The notes under the pieces were generated by a model that saw nothing but the letters and a program-made list of their open reading frames with translations, did no database searches and had not been told where the DNA came from. Positions 40,797 to 51,500 of a stretch of 64,000 nt of DNA are shown in pieces (position 1 is the stretch's first letter; every line of letters begins with the position of its first letter). The stretch is from Mobula hypostoma (Eukaryota): the NCBI RefSeq assembly GCF_963921235.1, contig NC_086097.1, positions 50,656,001 through 50,720,000 of the forward strand, given 5' to 3'. The translations under genes were made by a program, and so were the position numbers.

Positions 40797-41720
40797 GTCT
40801 TCAGGTGAGCTGATACCGTCGATCTTCTCGTTGTCCTCCGAAATCCTTTACAAGTCACTGACTGTGACTTTAACCAGGGAGACCAGTCTTTCTGTGGTGG
40901 AGCTATCACCCCGGCAAGGGTGGACACATAGACAACTCCCCACCAGTCAACCCCTTCTTCACAAACTGGAATAGCAACTTGGATCAATCCGCCTGATTGA
41001 TCCTCCAAAACCCACTTTCTCTGCGGGCACAACAATGCTCATTCAGTGTCCAGATCATGTGTCCTGAGGTCTGTGTCATCTGACATCTCATTTATTTCAC
41101 CAGGCTGAGCATCGCCTGTCATTCAACGAGTCCCTCCCTCCTTTGTCTGTAAAGCAGTGCACAAGCAGGCAACAAGTCCTTGAAGAAATATCAACAATCT
41201 GCCTTTGGTCACCATAGCAACCGTTGAGCTGCTTGGTGCTGTCTCCAACTCCAAACTCAGTAGAAATCTAAAGTTACTTCCAATGCCTTAAAGTGACAGT
41301 CCAACCGCTGATCTTCATCTCTCTCTCTCTCTTTTCAAAAAGCAACATATCAGTGGTAAATAACTCTGTCTCTCTCTCCTTTCCAAACAAACCATAAATG
41401 ATAAATGTCTCTCTCCAAACAGTTAATAGGGGCACTCCTGGATCCCCTCACGTGCCAAAAACAAAAAAAAATACAGTGAGTGGCTGTTCTGTGAGCGAAA
41501 ACATCTTGTTAAATCCACTCGCTGGATTTTTTTTGTTTTTGGCACCATTCTTTGCAAACTCCAGACTGTTGTGTGTAAAAATCCCAGGAGATCAGCAGTT
41601 TCTGAGATACTCAAATCACTCCGGGCAGCACCTAATTAATTAGCTTGTTTATTTTGGCTTTTTTCTTAAAGATGTGCCGGACGCGCTCTAGTGCGCTCTG
41701 GGTAGCACTGAACCACGGAG
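40304..41720. mobile_element. Palindromic MITE-like element carrying an inverted Tc1 transposase fragment, interrupted by a solo LTR
   Basis: 40304-40483 plus 41457-41480 is the approximate reverse complement of ~41515-41718. The arms encode SISETADLLGF (Tc1 HTH region). CACCAC occurs at 40298-40303 and 41721-41726. Confidence 0.78.
40484..41452 (-). mobile_element. Probable solo LTR (~970 bp; Gypsy/ERV-type)
   Basis: Begins TGTCACGG and ends CCTCACG (TGT...ACA with one change). TGCC repeat at 40480-40483 and 41453-41456. Cleanly interrupts the MITE arm and has no coding capacity. AATAAA on the minus strand at 40567-40572 suggests the orientation. Confidence 0.7.
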
Positions 41721-42194
41721 CACCACTCAATGAACTGATGCTGTATGCTTTCTTATTGGCATTTGAGATTTGTTTCAAATAGATTCAAACGAAGCAGAGA
41801 AAATTTGACTAGAGAACAGGTAAATGGGATAGAGGAAATACAGCAAAGTGTGCAAATGTGCTCAAGAAAAGCTCATGCCAAAAGAAACTGCTAGATTATA
41901 AAATTAAGACTCCAGGGCAGAAAACTGCAATTTTTGTTTAATGGTAAGATCAGTGGAATCAAAAGGCGGCCAGTCACAAAAGTAGGTTCCAAAAAAAGGT
42001 CCATCATTTTGTTCACCATTAACATCAACTGACTGAGGTGATCCGGATGGTGCAAAAGGGATATAATTAGTTCTTTACAAACGAAACAGCTAAAGTACTG
42101 ATAACATGGGGGAAACAAGTCAGTAAAGAGCAGACTGAATTTTATGTCAGGAACTACAAGGTAATGGCATCTCAAAAATAACCACACTCTAAAT

Positions 42195-42244
42195 CAGGGG
42201 TTCCCAACCTTTTTTTTATGTGAACCTCAGTTTGGGAAGCTCTA
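42195..42244. mobile_element. 50-bp hAT (Charlie-type) mini-MITE
   Basis: TIR CAGGGGTTCCCAAC with degenerate GTTTGGGAAGCTCTA. Perfect 8-bp TSD CTCTAAAT at 42187-42194 and 42245-42252. Confidence 0.8.
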
Positions 42245-43204
42245 CTCTAAATGAAAGTAGACTAAATACTGTTGAAATAAGAACGGTTTCTGGATTTTGA
42301 AGAGAAATTACAACAAGATAGTTAGCTTTTGCTGTTATTATCCTGTAAAATTGACAGCAACTATAATTTTTGCTCTAGCATGCGTGAACATTGAGTAGTT
42401 CCACTCAGTGATCACCACTAGGCCACAGGTTGTACTCTCATCATGGAGTCCTCAAGGAGTTCAGGGGGGAGTGGGCACTCAAGCTAAACTTGCCACAAAC
42501 ATTTAAGCAGGGTCAAAGGAGACAGAAAGGGTATTCTCCCATCAACTCTAATGGAAATCATTGAGTGCACAACTTTGTTAATTTATAAAGACTTCCTGAG
42601 AAATTGTTACTTTAAAAAGTCTTCTTTTTAAATCTAAAAGTTGCTTACTTTAGACCAAAATGTATTTAAAAAATTAAGTACTGACAGCATTTTAGAGCCT
42701 TCTGAGAATATATTTTTTTAAAATCAGAAATGAGTGTACAGGCCCATCCCAGATTACGAATGACCTGACCTATAAAAATCTGACAAAATTTCATCCACAT
42801 ATTCTGAAACATTTTTCAAGCTAGTGTTAATAAATGGTATTAATTAAAAATGGATGCAATACATGCTCCATTAAGGTAATTATGGTTAGTGATCATGTGA
42901 TCATTCAATAACATAAAATTAAACCAAAATATTGCAGAGTAATATGATAAAAGTAACAATATAAAAGACTTTTTTGATTTATGGATATTTCTCAGGAATG
43001 GGGCCGCCAACAATTCCAGATTCAGACAAATCTGGGTGCAGGAATTATTGACACAATAGATTTATCTGTGCTAATGACATGTTTTGGTAATAGAATATCC
43101 ATGAGGAAGATGACAATGAATGCCAGAAAATTTCAAGTGAATTCCTCACCGAGAGGCTGTTTTAGCAGGCTAAGAATTGTAGTAATGTGAAGAATAACAG
43201 AACA

Positions 43205-44048
43205 TATTAGCTTAGTTGGAGCAAGTTAGGCAGCATCTATGGAGAGGAATAAATAGTTGACATTTCAGGCCAAGACACTTCATTAGTGCTGGAAGGAATT
43301 AGGTAAAGAAGCCAGAATAAGAAAGGGAAGGGAAGAAGTACAGGTTGGCAAGTTGGCAGTGGGGAAAGGGAAGGAGTACAAGTTGGCAGTTTATAGATGA
43401 AACTGTACAAGTGGGAGGTTGTGCAGGTGGGGGAAGGAGAGGGGGATTGAAGCAAGAAGCTAGGGGTGACTGGTAGAAGAGGTAAAAGGCTTAAAAAGAA
43501 GGAATCTGATAGGAGAGAACAGGGAACCAAGGGAGAAAGGGAAGGAGGAGCAGCACTAGAGGGTGGCGATGGGCAGGTGAGAAGAGAAGGGCAAGTGGGG
43601 AGCCAGAATGGAGAATGGAAAAAAGGTTACTAAAGATAAGAGAAATCAATGTTCACACCATCAGGTTGGAGACTAACCAGAGAGAATATGAGGTTTTACA
43701 CTGTTCTGACCTGATAGTTTCTTCATCCTGACCGTGGAGGTGGCCATGAACTGAGATAGGTAATAATGGAAATGGGAAACAGAATTAAAATGAATGGCCA
43801 CTGGGAAGTCTATCCTCTACCCCTGCACATAGCTTCACCTATCACCTGCAAGTTTGTACTCCTTCCCCCACCCCCAAACTTCTTATTCTGGCTTCTTCCT
43901 CCTTCCTTTCCAGTCCTAATGAAGAATCTAGGTCCAAAATGTCGACTGCTTATTCCCCTCCATAGATGCTGCCTGCTTTGCTGAGTTCCTCCAACATTTT
44001 GTGTGCATTACTCAAGATTTCCTGCATATGCCTAAGTTCTTGTGTTTT
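43205..44048. mobile_element. Penelope-like element with inverted arrangement (minus-strand 3' part ~43205-43800, plus-strand terminal repeat ~43805-44048)
   Basis: Minus-strand ORF end LQPDGVNIDFS at ~43640-43672. Decayed hammerheads at 43254-43290 (-) and 43911-43948 (+). Confidence 0.72.
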
Positions 44049-44847
44049 AAATATCAGCTTATGCAATATTTAGAAAAGGACAAATTACTATGATCGTAGC
44101 AGCTATTTCCAAGGAAAAGGTATAGAAACTAAAGAAACACCCACAAACCATGAAAAGTCACAAGGAACTGTGATGACTCTAAATATGAAAGTGATTTTCA
44201 CAGAACAAGTATATAATAGATTTCAGATCAATGAGCATTACTTGAAGATAAGAGGATATGAACACAAAAATTTTACACTGTTCTGACCTGATAGTTTCTT
44301 CATCCTGACCGTGGAGGTGGCCATGAACTGAGATAGGTAATAATGGAAATGGGAAACAGAATTAAAATGAATGGCCACTGGGAAGTCTATCCTCTACCCC
44401 TGCACATAGCTTCACCTATCACCTGCAAGTTTGTACTCCTTCCCCCACCCCCAAACTTCTTATTCTGGCTTCTTCCTCCTTCCTTTCCAGTCCTAATGAA
44501 GAATCTAGGTCCAAAATGTCGACTGCTTATTCCCCTCCATAGATGCTGCCTGCTTTGCTGAGTTCCTCCAACATTTTGTGTGCATTACTCAAGATTTCCT
44601 GCATATGCCTAAGTTCTTGTGTTTTAAATATCAGCTTATGCAATATTTAGAAAAGGACAAATTACTATGATCGTAGCAGCTATTTCCAAGGAAAAGGTAT
44701 AGAAACTAAAGAAACACCCACAAACCATGAAAAGTCACAAGGAACTGTGATGATTCTAAATATGAAAGTGATTTTCACAGAACAAGTATATAATAGATTT
44801 CAGATCAATGAGCATTACTTGAAGATAAGAGGATATGAACACAAAAA
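43694..44847 (+). repeat. Near-perfect direct tandem duplication, unit 577 bp
   Basis: TTTTACACTGTTCTGACC starts at 43694 and 44271. Identical ORFs at 43766 and 44343. One clear substitution (C44177 vs T44754). Confidence 0.95.
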
Positions 44848-45189
44848 TTTCAAAAGGGATATGTGGTTTAGAGTCTGAATTTGATAACCTACTTGCCTCA
44901 TGGCTCCATTTTACTAGAAAGTCACCAGGGGCAACTCAAATCTATGTAATGGAAGATAATTGAACTGTTGTCTTTATGATACAAATGTGCTCCAAATTCT
45001 TAATTTCCTTCAATGTTGATTCTTTAAATCCATCGGAATGAGAGATTCAGCACTGAGAATTGAGCATAAACACATTTTGTTAATCAGGACCTTTTGCTCA
45101 AGTTTTCTAACAACACACACAGGATAAATACATATTTGAAATAAACAATCTTAAATTGATTATTAAAGCAATCCCCAAACAGAAAGAAT

Positions 45190-45808
45190 GGCTTGCTTCT
45201 GAGTGGTATTTATTTGCTTCAAAATTTGCGTGGCCCTTAGACACTACATTATGCTTAGAGCAAACAGCTTTTAAATACCGTCAGTTTTGTGTGTTTGTGC
45301 TCAAAAAGCAGATTATTTTTGTCACTGATAGTTGGCAAGAAATAAGCAGCAAGACAATTCAGAACTGTTTTGATCACTATGGTTTCAAGCATTCAGGCTT
45401 GGAGATGCCAGAAACAGCCAGAGTGAAAATAAAACGATTTCACTACTTCAACAAGTTAGGAACCACAAGGAATTTGAAGATATTGAGAATCATCTTGAAC
45501 GTTACAATGAAAATGAGATGCAATCATTGATAGCATTATATGAAGGCAGTCTATTATCTGCGTTAGGCATCTGCGCTGATTTTGCTCATTTACAATCAAT
45601 CAAAACAAGTGCATTCTGGATGTATTGTTACCGATAACTATTAGGAGCAGTTTAAAGTGTTGCAATTTGTTCTGTATTTCAGTAAACTGTAGTTTGTCAT
45701 TTTTATACCTTTCAACTACTTCCATGAAACTTTGGCTAATTGAAGCAGCTGCTTAATTGGGCCAAAATGTACTGGTCCTAATATGCCCCAGTTAACTGGA
45801 ATCCACTG
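45190..45808 (+). mobile_element. pogo/Tigger-type DNA transposon remnant
   Basis: DSWQEISSKTIQNCF..YGF (pogo/CENP-B-like DDE C-terminal motif) in ORF 45156..45530. Ends CCCAGTTAACTGGAATCCACTG followed by TA. Confidence 0.65.
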
Positions 45809-46424
45809 TATTTAAAGATCAGCTCTAGGATTCATAATAACTTCTGCTTTTCTGCTATGGTTGCACAGCATCTACCCCTCATTGCACCCGTTTCAGCATC
45901 ACTTCCTACACCTATCCAACACTCCTTTTAAATGGAAGGGTTTTGAGTACACCAGGCAAATGTGAGTGAAGTGTTCAAATCCAGAAGGTATAATTGATGA
46001 AAGTGTTCTCTTCTAATAGTTGCGAGGTTAGGCGAACTTATCCCCTCAACAATACTTCTCAGTTTCAAGTATTTAAATAAATTATAAGTCAATTCACACT
46101 AATTGTCAAGTCAAAGATTTGTATAGAAAATAAGAAAGCCAACCAAACCACAACCAAATGGGATGAAAGAGCCGATACACATTAACACAGAACATTACAG
46201 CACAGTGTAGACCCTGTGGCACATTATGTGTGCCTACTCCAAGATGAATCTAACCCTTCCCTCCAACATAACCCTCCGATTTTCTGTCCATCTGTGTGCC
46301 TGAGAGTTTCTTAAATGCTCCTAATGTACGTGGCTCTACCATGGCAAGGTGTTCCATGCACCCAATAACCTTGTCTTACCTCTGACATTTCCCCCAAATG
46401 TTCCTCCAGTCACCTTAAAATGAT

Positions 46425-46512
46425 CACACACAAAATGCTGGAGGAAGTCAGCCGGTCAGGCAGCATCTATGGAAAACAGTCTACGTTTCGGGCCGAGACC
46501 CTTCATTGGGAC
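46425..46512 (-). mobile_element. Short Penelope terminal repeat with hammerhead remnant, inside a CR1 3' fragment (~46190-46640)
   Basis: Minus strand GTC-CCAATGA-AGGGTCTCGGCCC-GAAA-CGTA-GACTG. Stem II is intact but CUGA is mutated. Confidence 0.7.
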
Positions 46513-48027
46513 CTTAAACCTATGCCTCTTATTGGCCAATTTCGCCCACGAGAAAGTCTGCTTTCCAGTTGATCTGTACCTCTTATCCTGTAAACCAGTA
46601 TTCAAGGCACCTCTCACCCTCCTTATTTCCACAACAAAATGTATGATTCCTTTATTTTTAAGTTATGTTGCTTTAGGGATAAACATTGCCTTCAATTCTC
46701 AGATTCTAACCAAGCTGTGGTATCTTTCACACCCACATGAAAATACCCCAACTGAAAGAGGCCACTTGAGACAGTGAAGGACTACCCCAGGAGTCCACAC
46801 CAGCGTTAACCCAGATTTGCAGCTTTCCCGTAGAGATTTTTAGTACCACAAGTATATTTAGCACAAAGGTTCTCAACCTTTTTCTAGTCAACTGTACCAA
46901 TTATTCTAATATACAGTTAATATTTAACAGGTTATAGGTATTTTATTAAATATAATGTTACAGATGTATATGAAAAATAAAACTATTTCAAAGCTCTGAA
47001 TAGGATATTTATTTATAATATATAATACTCTTCCAACCAGCAATGAAAAAACACTTAATATTTTTACTTCGGGCATTTAGTGAGATCCCTGCAACTGCTG
47101 CAAACTAGTGAATTTTTGAATATCTGGTTGCAACTTGGTTAAAGGTAATCGAAGATCACCTCTTTTCCCAACATCAAGATGGTTATGAGCTTCTGACAGG
47201 AGGTGAAGAGATTGAATAAAACCACATCCAACTAAGAGAAGAGGGGAAATCCAGTTAAAAACTTTGCTTTCTCCCAAGGTTGTGGAAGCTTATTTTGAGT
47301 ATCACAAATTATCCAGAAATTTTCTATGCTCTGTTCAAATTTTGCTTGAGCTGTTATACAATTTCACAGCTCAATAAGACATTCTTATAATGTGGTGTCA
47401 ACATCGTTCACTTACACCCCAAATAGATCCAACATCCAATATGGAATTCCATTTCCAGCAGGTCTCTGATCCAAAATTCCATACCAGTGGTTACAAATGA
47501 TGAATACACTGTATACAGTACAATCATCTTGCAATTCTATTTTAAGAATGTCTAGTGAAGGAAACTGCAAAACGTCACAAATTCCGATTTTGCTGCTGAA
47601 AAGTTTTACTTTTCCAAGGAAAGCGTTAATAGCCTCTTCGCATGATAAAAGATTGCAGATTTTTTTTTCCCTTGTAACTGTTTAATAAATTCAGGTTTTC
47701 CAAATATATCTGACAGGTAAAATATGTCAGACCTAGCAGCAATAATTTGCTCTCCAAGCTGCTTATCACTTAGAAATGCTACAATACTATTTCAAAGCAA
47801 CAATTACCTTATGATAACCACTGGATCCCTGTATGTATTGGTAGCCGCACAAAATCTTCACTAGACCTCGCAATTTTTCAGCCATTATTACAGCTGCAAG
47901 GGTGTCGTGCAAACATCCTCCCAATTGTTTGCAACCAAATGCTGACGGTGGATGACACGTTTGCAAAAACACATTGGGCACAGCGTTTTCAAAATGAGCA
48001 ATGTTGCCTCTACATCTGCCTACCATG

Positions 48028-48345
48028 ATACCACTATAGCACAGCGGCTAGTGGGACATTATCATAGCTCTGAGTGTTTGAAGTTTGGAGTTCAATTCCA
48101 ACAAATCTGTAAGGAGCCTGTACGTCCTCCCCATGGAATGGGTGTGTTTTCTCAGGATACTCTGGGTTCTCTCACAGCCCAAAGACATACTGGGTAGGTT
48201 AAATGGTCATTGTAAATTGTCCCATGATTAGGTGATGGCTAAATCTAGGCTTACTGGGGGACGTGGCTCAAAGGGCCGGAAGGGACTACCCTGCACCGTA
48301 TCTAATTAGATAGTTAGATCAATAGATAAATAAATAAACAGACAG
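48028..48345 (+). mobile_element. V-domain SINE (HE1-like) inside the hAT element
   Basis: B-box-like GAGTTCAATTCC. V-domain-like CTCTGGGTTCTCTCACAGCCCAAAGACATACTGGGTAGGTTAAATGGTCATTGTAAATTGTCC. Simple-repeat tail. Confidence 0.7.
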
Positions 48346-48409
48346 ACATCAAAGCAGCGCTATCAGTTGAAAAAGCCATTATATTTCCATAACACACACA
48401 AAAAAAAGA

Positions 48410-48595
48410 GCAACACACACAAGATGCTGGAGGAGCTCAGCACGCCAGGCAGCATCAATGGAAAAGAGTACAGTCGATGTTCAACAGGACATTTTTTTTT
48501 GTACCCTTTTCCACAGTCGCTGCCTGGCCTGCTGAGTTCCTCCAGCATTTTGTGTGCGTTGCTTGGATTTCCAGCATCTGCAGATTTTCCCTTGT
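48410..48595. mobile_element. Short palindromic Penelope-derived element
   Basis: GCAACACACACAAGATGCTGGAGGAGCTCAGCACGCCAGGCAGC pairs with GCTGCCTGGCCTGCTGAGTTCCTCCAGCATTTTGTGTGCGTTGC. Confidence 0.82.
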
Positions 48596-51500
48596 ATATA
48601 AAAAACAGAACTAGGTTTTTAGGAATTTCTTTTAATAATTTCGTTTTTTTTCAGGTAAATTTTTAAATGCTATTACGAATGCAAATTCTGTGGGGTGTGT
48701 ACATGTACTCAACAAGGAACGTGAACTGAACTTCCTTTCAAAATGTTTTAAGCGTCTAGGATTTAATGGGAGTTGCTGTGGTAGATTGTGATGCAGTGGT
48801 AGATTTCACGTGTTCTCACCTCTCTGCAGTTTAACCGTTTCTGGCAGATGGCCCCACTGTGCTAACTGCAGCCTTCTTGTCATGTTTTCGAAGTATTATA
48901 ACAGGCACAGGCCAGCGGAAGGCAAACAGAACCAGCCTCCTGCTGCATACTTGCTGACTGGCTTTGCTGCAGAAAGTCTCGCCCAATCTACAGTTTGTGA
49001 TCTGGGGGGAGGATGTGGAGCAGGGGCTCAGCGGGCCACCCTGCTGGGTGTGAACGGTGATTTATGCATGGCCAAGCAGGAGCAGAGACACCGAATGACA
49101 TGCCGCAACCCCCCCACCCCCCCCCGCCATACACAACAAACTTGCTAAGCTGTTTTACTGCCTCACTTGCATTATCTAGCATATTTTCCCCCATTCATTT
49201 CATTCAGTGTTCCAATTAAATTATAGATTCCTTTCTTTTTATTTATATATTTTAATAATATTTCATCAAAACAACAAATTTATCCTGGTCCATTCTGAAA
49301 CTGCTGTGGGCCCTAATTTCTTGTTTATTTATCTGAGGCCCTACGAAATGCAGCATGGTCCCCTGGGGGTGGGGGGGGGAGGAGGGGGGCATGTGACCCA
49401 CGTTGAGAACCACTGATTTAGCAGATCTAGTAGCTGCCACAAACTTCTTTCACAAACCAAATGTAGAGGTACTTCCTACATCATTACAGGAATGACACTT
49501 CACCAGTTGCGAAATAGCAAAAAAAAATCTTAAAGGATGTACAACCCTCTAGAACAAAATATCATTCTTCACCCACAAGTTTCCCTTCCTGTCATGTGGT
49601 GAGGAACTCTCTACCAAACACATGGAGACAGAATATTCATTTATCTAATGCACTCTGCATTCTATAGGAAACCCAGGTCACTTCAAAGCTAAATAATTAC
49701 CTCTCAACTGTAGTTTGCAAGAAAAACAAGATACAAAAAGTGATATTTCAGCAAACACAACAGAAAATTTATCCAAAACATGGAATCTTGCCTAGTCCTG
49801 GTAAACCTTTACTAATATATAAATAAACCAGCTGCAAGTCCAGCCACATAAGTATATAAAAATTAATCTTCCTTTTTATTTTTCAAAACAACATTTTCAG
49901 GTCTACCCAAATGCAGCAATTCATCATTAGTATTCGGAAACTTAGGTAGGCAATCCTGAAAAAAAATACCCTGAGTAAAAGAGTGAAAATAATCAGGTTG
50001 AATGTATTAAGATCAGAGCATTTGAGATGTTTCACTCCACCAATTCCGTTCAAAATGTGATCGTTTGAAGTACTATTTTAGGAAGATATTTAACAACAAA
50101 GATCAAATTGTTTTAATAACTGCCACTGCCAACTACATAAGGGAAACTAAACATTATTCTGCTTCAATGCTATAGAGCTGCAATTCCCTCTTGCTGAAAT
50201 AAAGCTCCAGTTCTTCACGTTTGGTAAAATACATGTCCCCAGAAACACAGAATTATGTTACAGGCATTTCTGTGGGGTTATCTAAAGGTTTGCAGAGATT
50301 GCTGGAATCCCTACAACATGGGGAAAGAGGCATGCCAAGTATCTGCTCTTCTATCTATTTTTAGGAATTTTCCAACAAATTACCTCAATAAAGTGAAATT
50401 TGAATTGCCCATGGGTTTAGCAACATATTGGAATTCAACAAGCTAGGCCAATTATAATTTTATTATTTGTCATTTTTTAAATTATTCAATTCCCTCCTGG
50501 AATAGAATTTACATACAAACGCTAACTTTACCAATTCACTTAACTATCCCAATATATGACACACAAGAGATACAGCTGAACTAAATCACAAGAAACCAAT
50601 TCAATAGAAATCATTAAACTGTAACCTTTACAGAATAACCAATGCTATAGTTATACAAGTCAACACCCTGCAGAATTGTAAACAATATAATTGAAGACCC
50701 ACAAGCCTGCTGTTATCTTTGGTGCCCTGACAAGCTTGGGTATTCCAGGTTAAGGATGATTGATAGAGTGTGACAAAAGTTGTACAATATGGTTGCAAAT
50801 CAAGTGATTGCAGCACATTTCCAACAGTTAAATGATAAAGAACGGTAACTTTAGATTAATGGCTCTGAACAAACTCAGACTCATGTTGACTGAAGTTCAC
50901 GACCCCTCAAGTTATGACCTCTAAAGTGGACTGAATAAAGAATGGCAGTCATAGCAGTTACAAATCCTGGATTCATTGACTCCAAAGGTGAAGCTGTTGG
51001 AACAGTATCAGTATAAAGCAGGATGCGGGAATGTTGTTTATTATAGAATTAAACCAGGACATTAACGGGAGGACAAGGCCTTGAGAACAAAAGGTGAGAA
51101 AGTCTTTATTTTCCTCCTGACATACACGTTTATTGTTCTTTCCTTCCTTCCCTCACCTTGCTGAGTCTCCTGAATTGTATACAAGCTTCTTCAGTTTTGG
51201 TGAAAAGACACAAGTCTGAAATGCATATTTTCTTCCTCTCCACGCTCCCAGCCTGAGCCCCAGGCTGCATTTTTAATTGTTGGTGCTGTGGAGAACTCTC
51301 TCTGTAAGTCACATAAAAAAGTTGCTCCAAATGTTTTCGAAGCACCGGTGCCAAGTGCAGATGCACGATTTCCACACACTTTTGGCAGCAGTCTTTCACA
51401 TAAATGATCCCATTATGTTTGTAGAACAGGACTGCTGCTTTCTGAAGAGCAAAAAGGCAATATAAAAACAATCTTTAAACTTACAACCAGGTACAAACAT

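Larger units (their letters stand above)
46864..49415 (-). mobile_element. hAT (Charlie/Buster-type) DNA transposon, 2.55 kb, decayed transposase, with nested insertions
   Basis: TIRs CAAAGGTTCTCAAC and GTTGAGAACCACTG. Perfect 8-bp TSD ATTTAGCA at 46856-46863 and 49416-49423. Transposase remnants MVGR...CVIHRQHLVA, HTGIQWLS*GNC and RGDLRL.LTKLQPDI...QGSH*. Confidence 0.88.

Noticed and set aside
43766..44561. Two identical 72-aa ORFs suggesting a duplicated small gene
   Set aside because: They span PLE non-coding repeat inside the 577-bp tandem duplication and show no other coding evidence.
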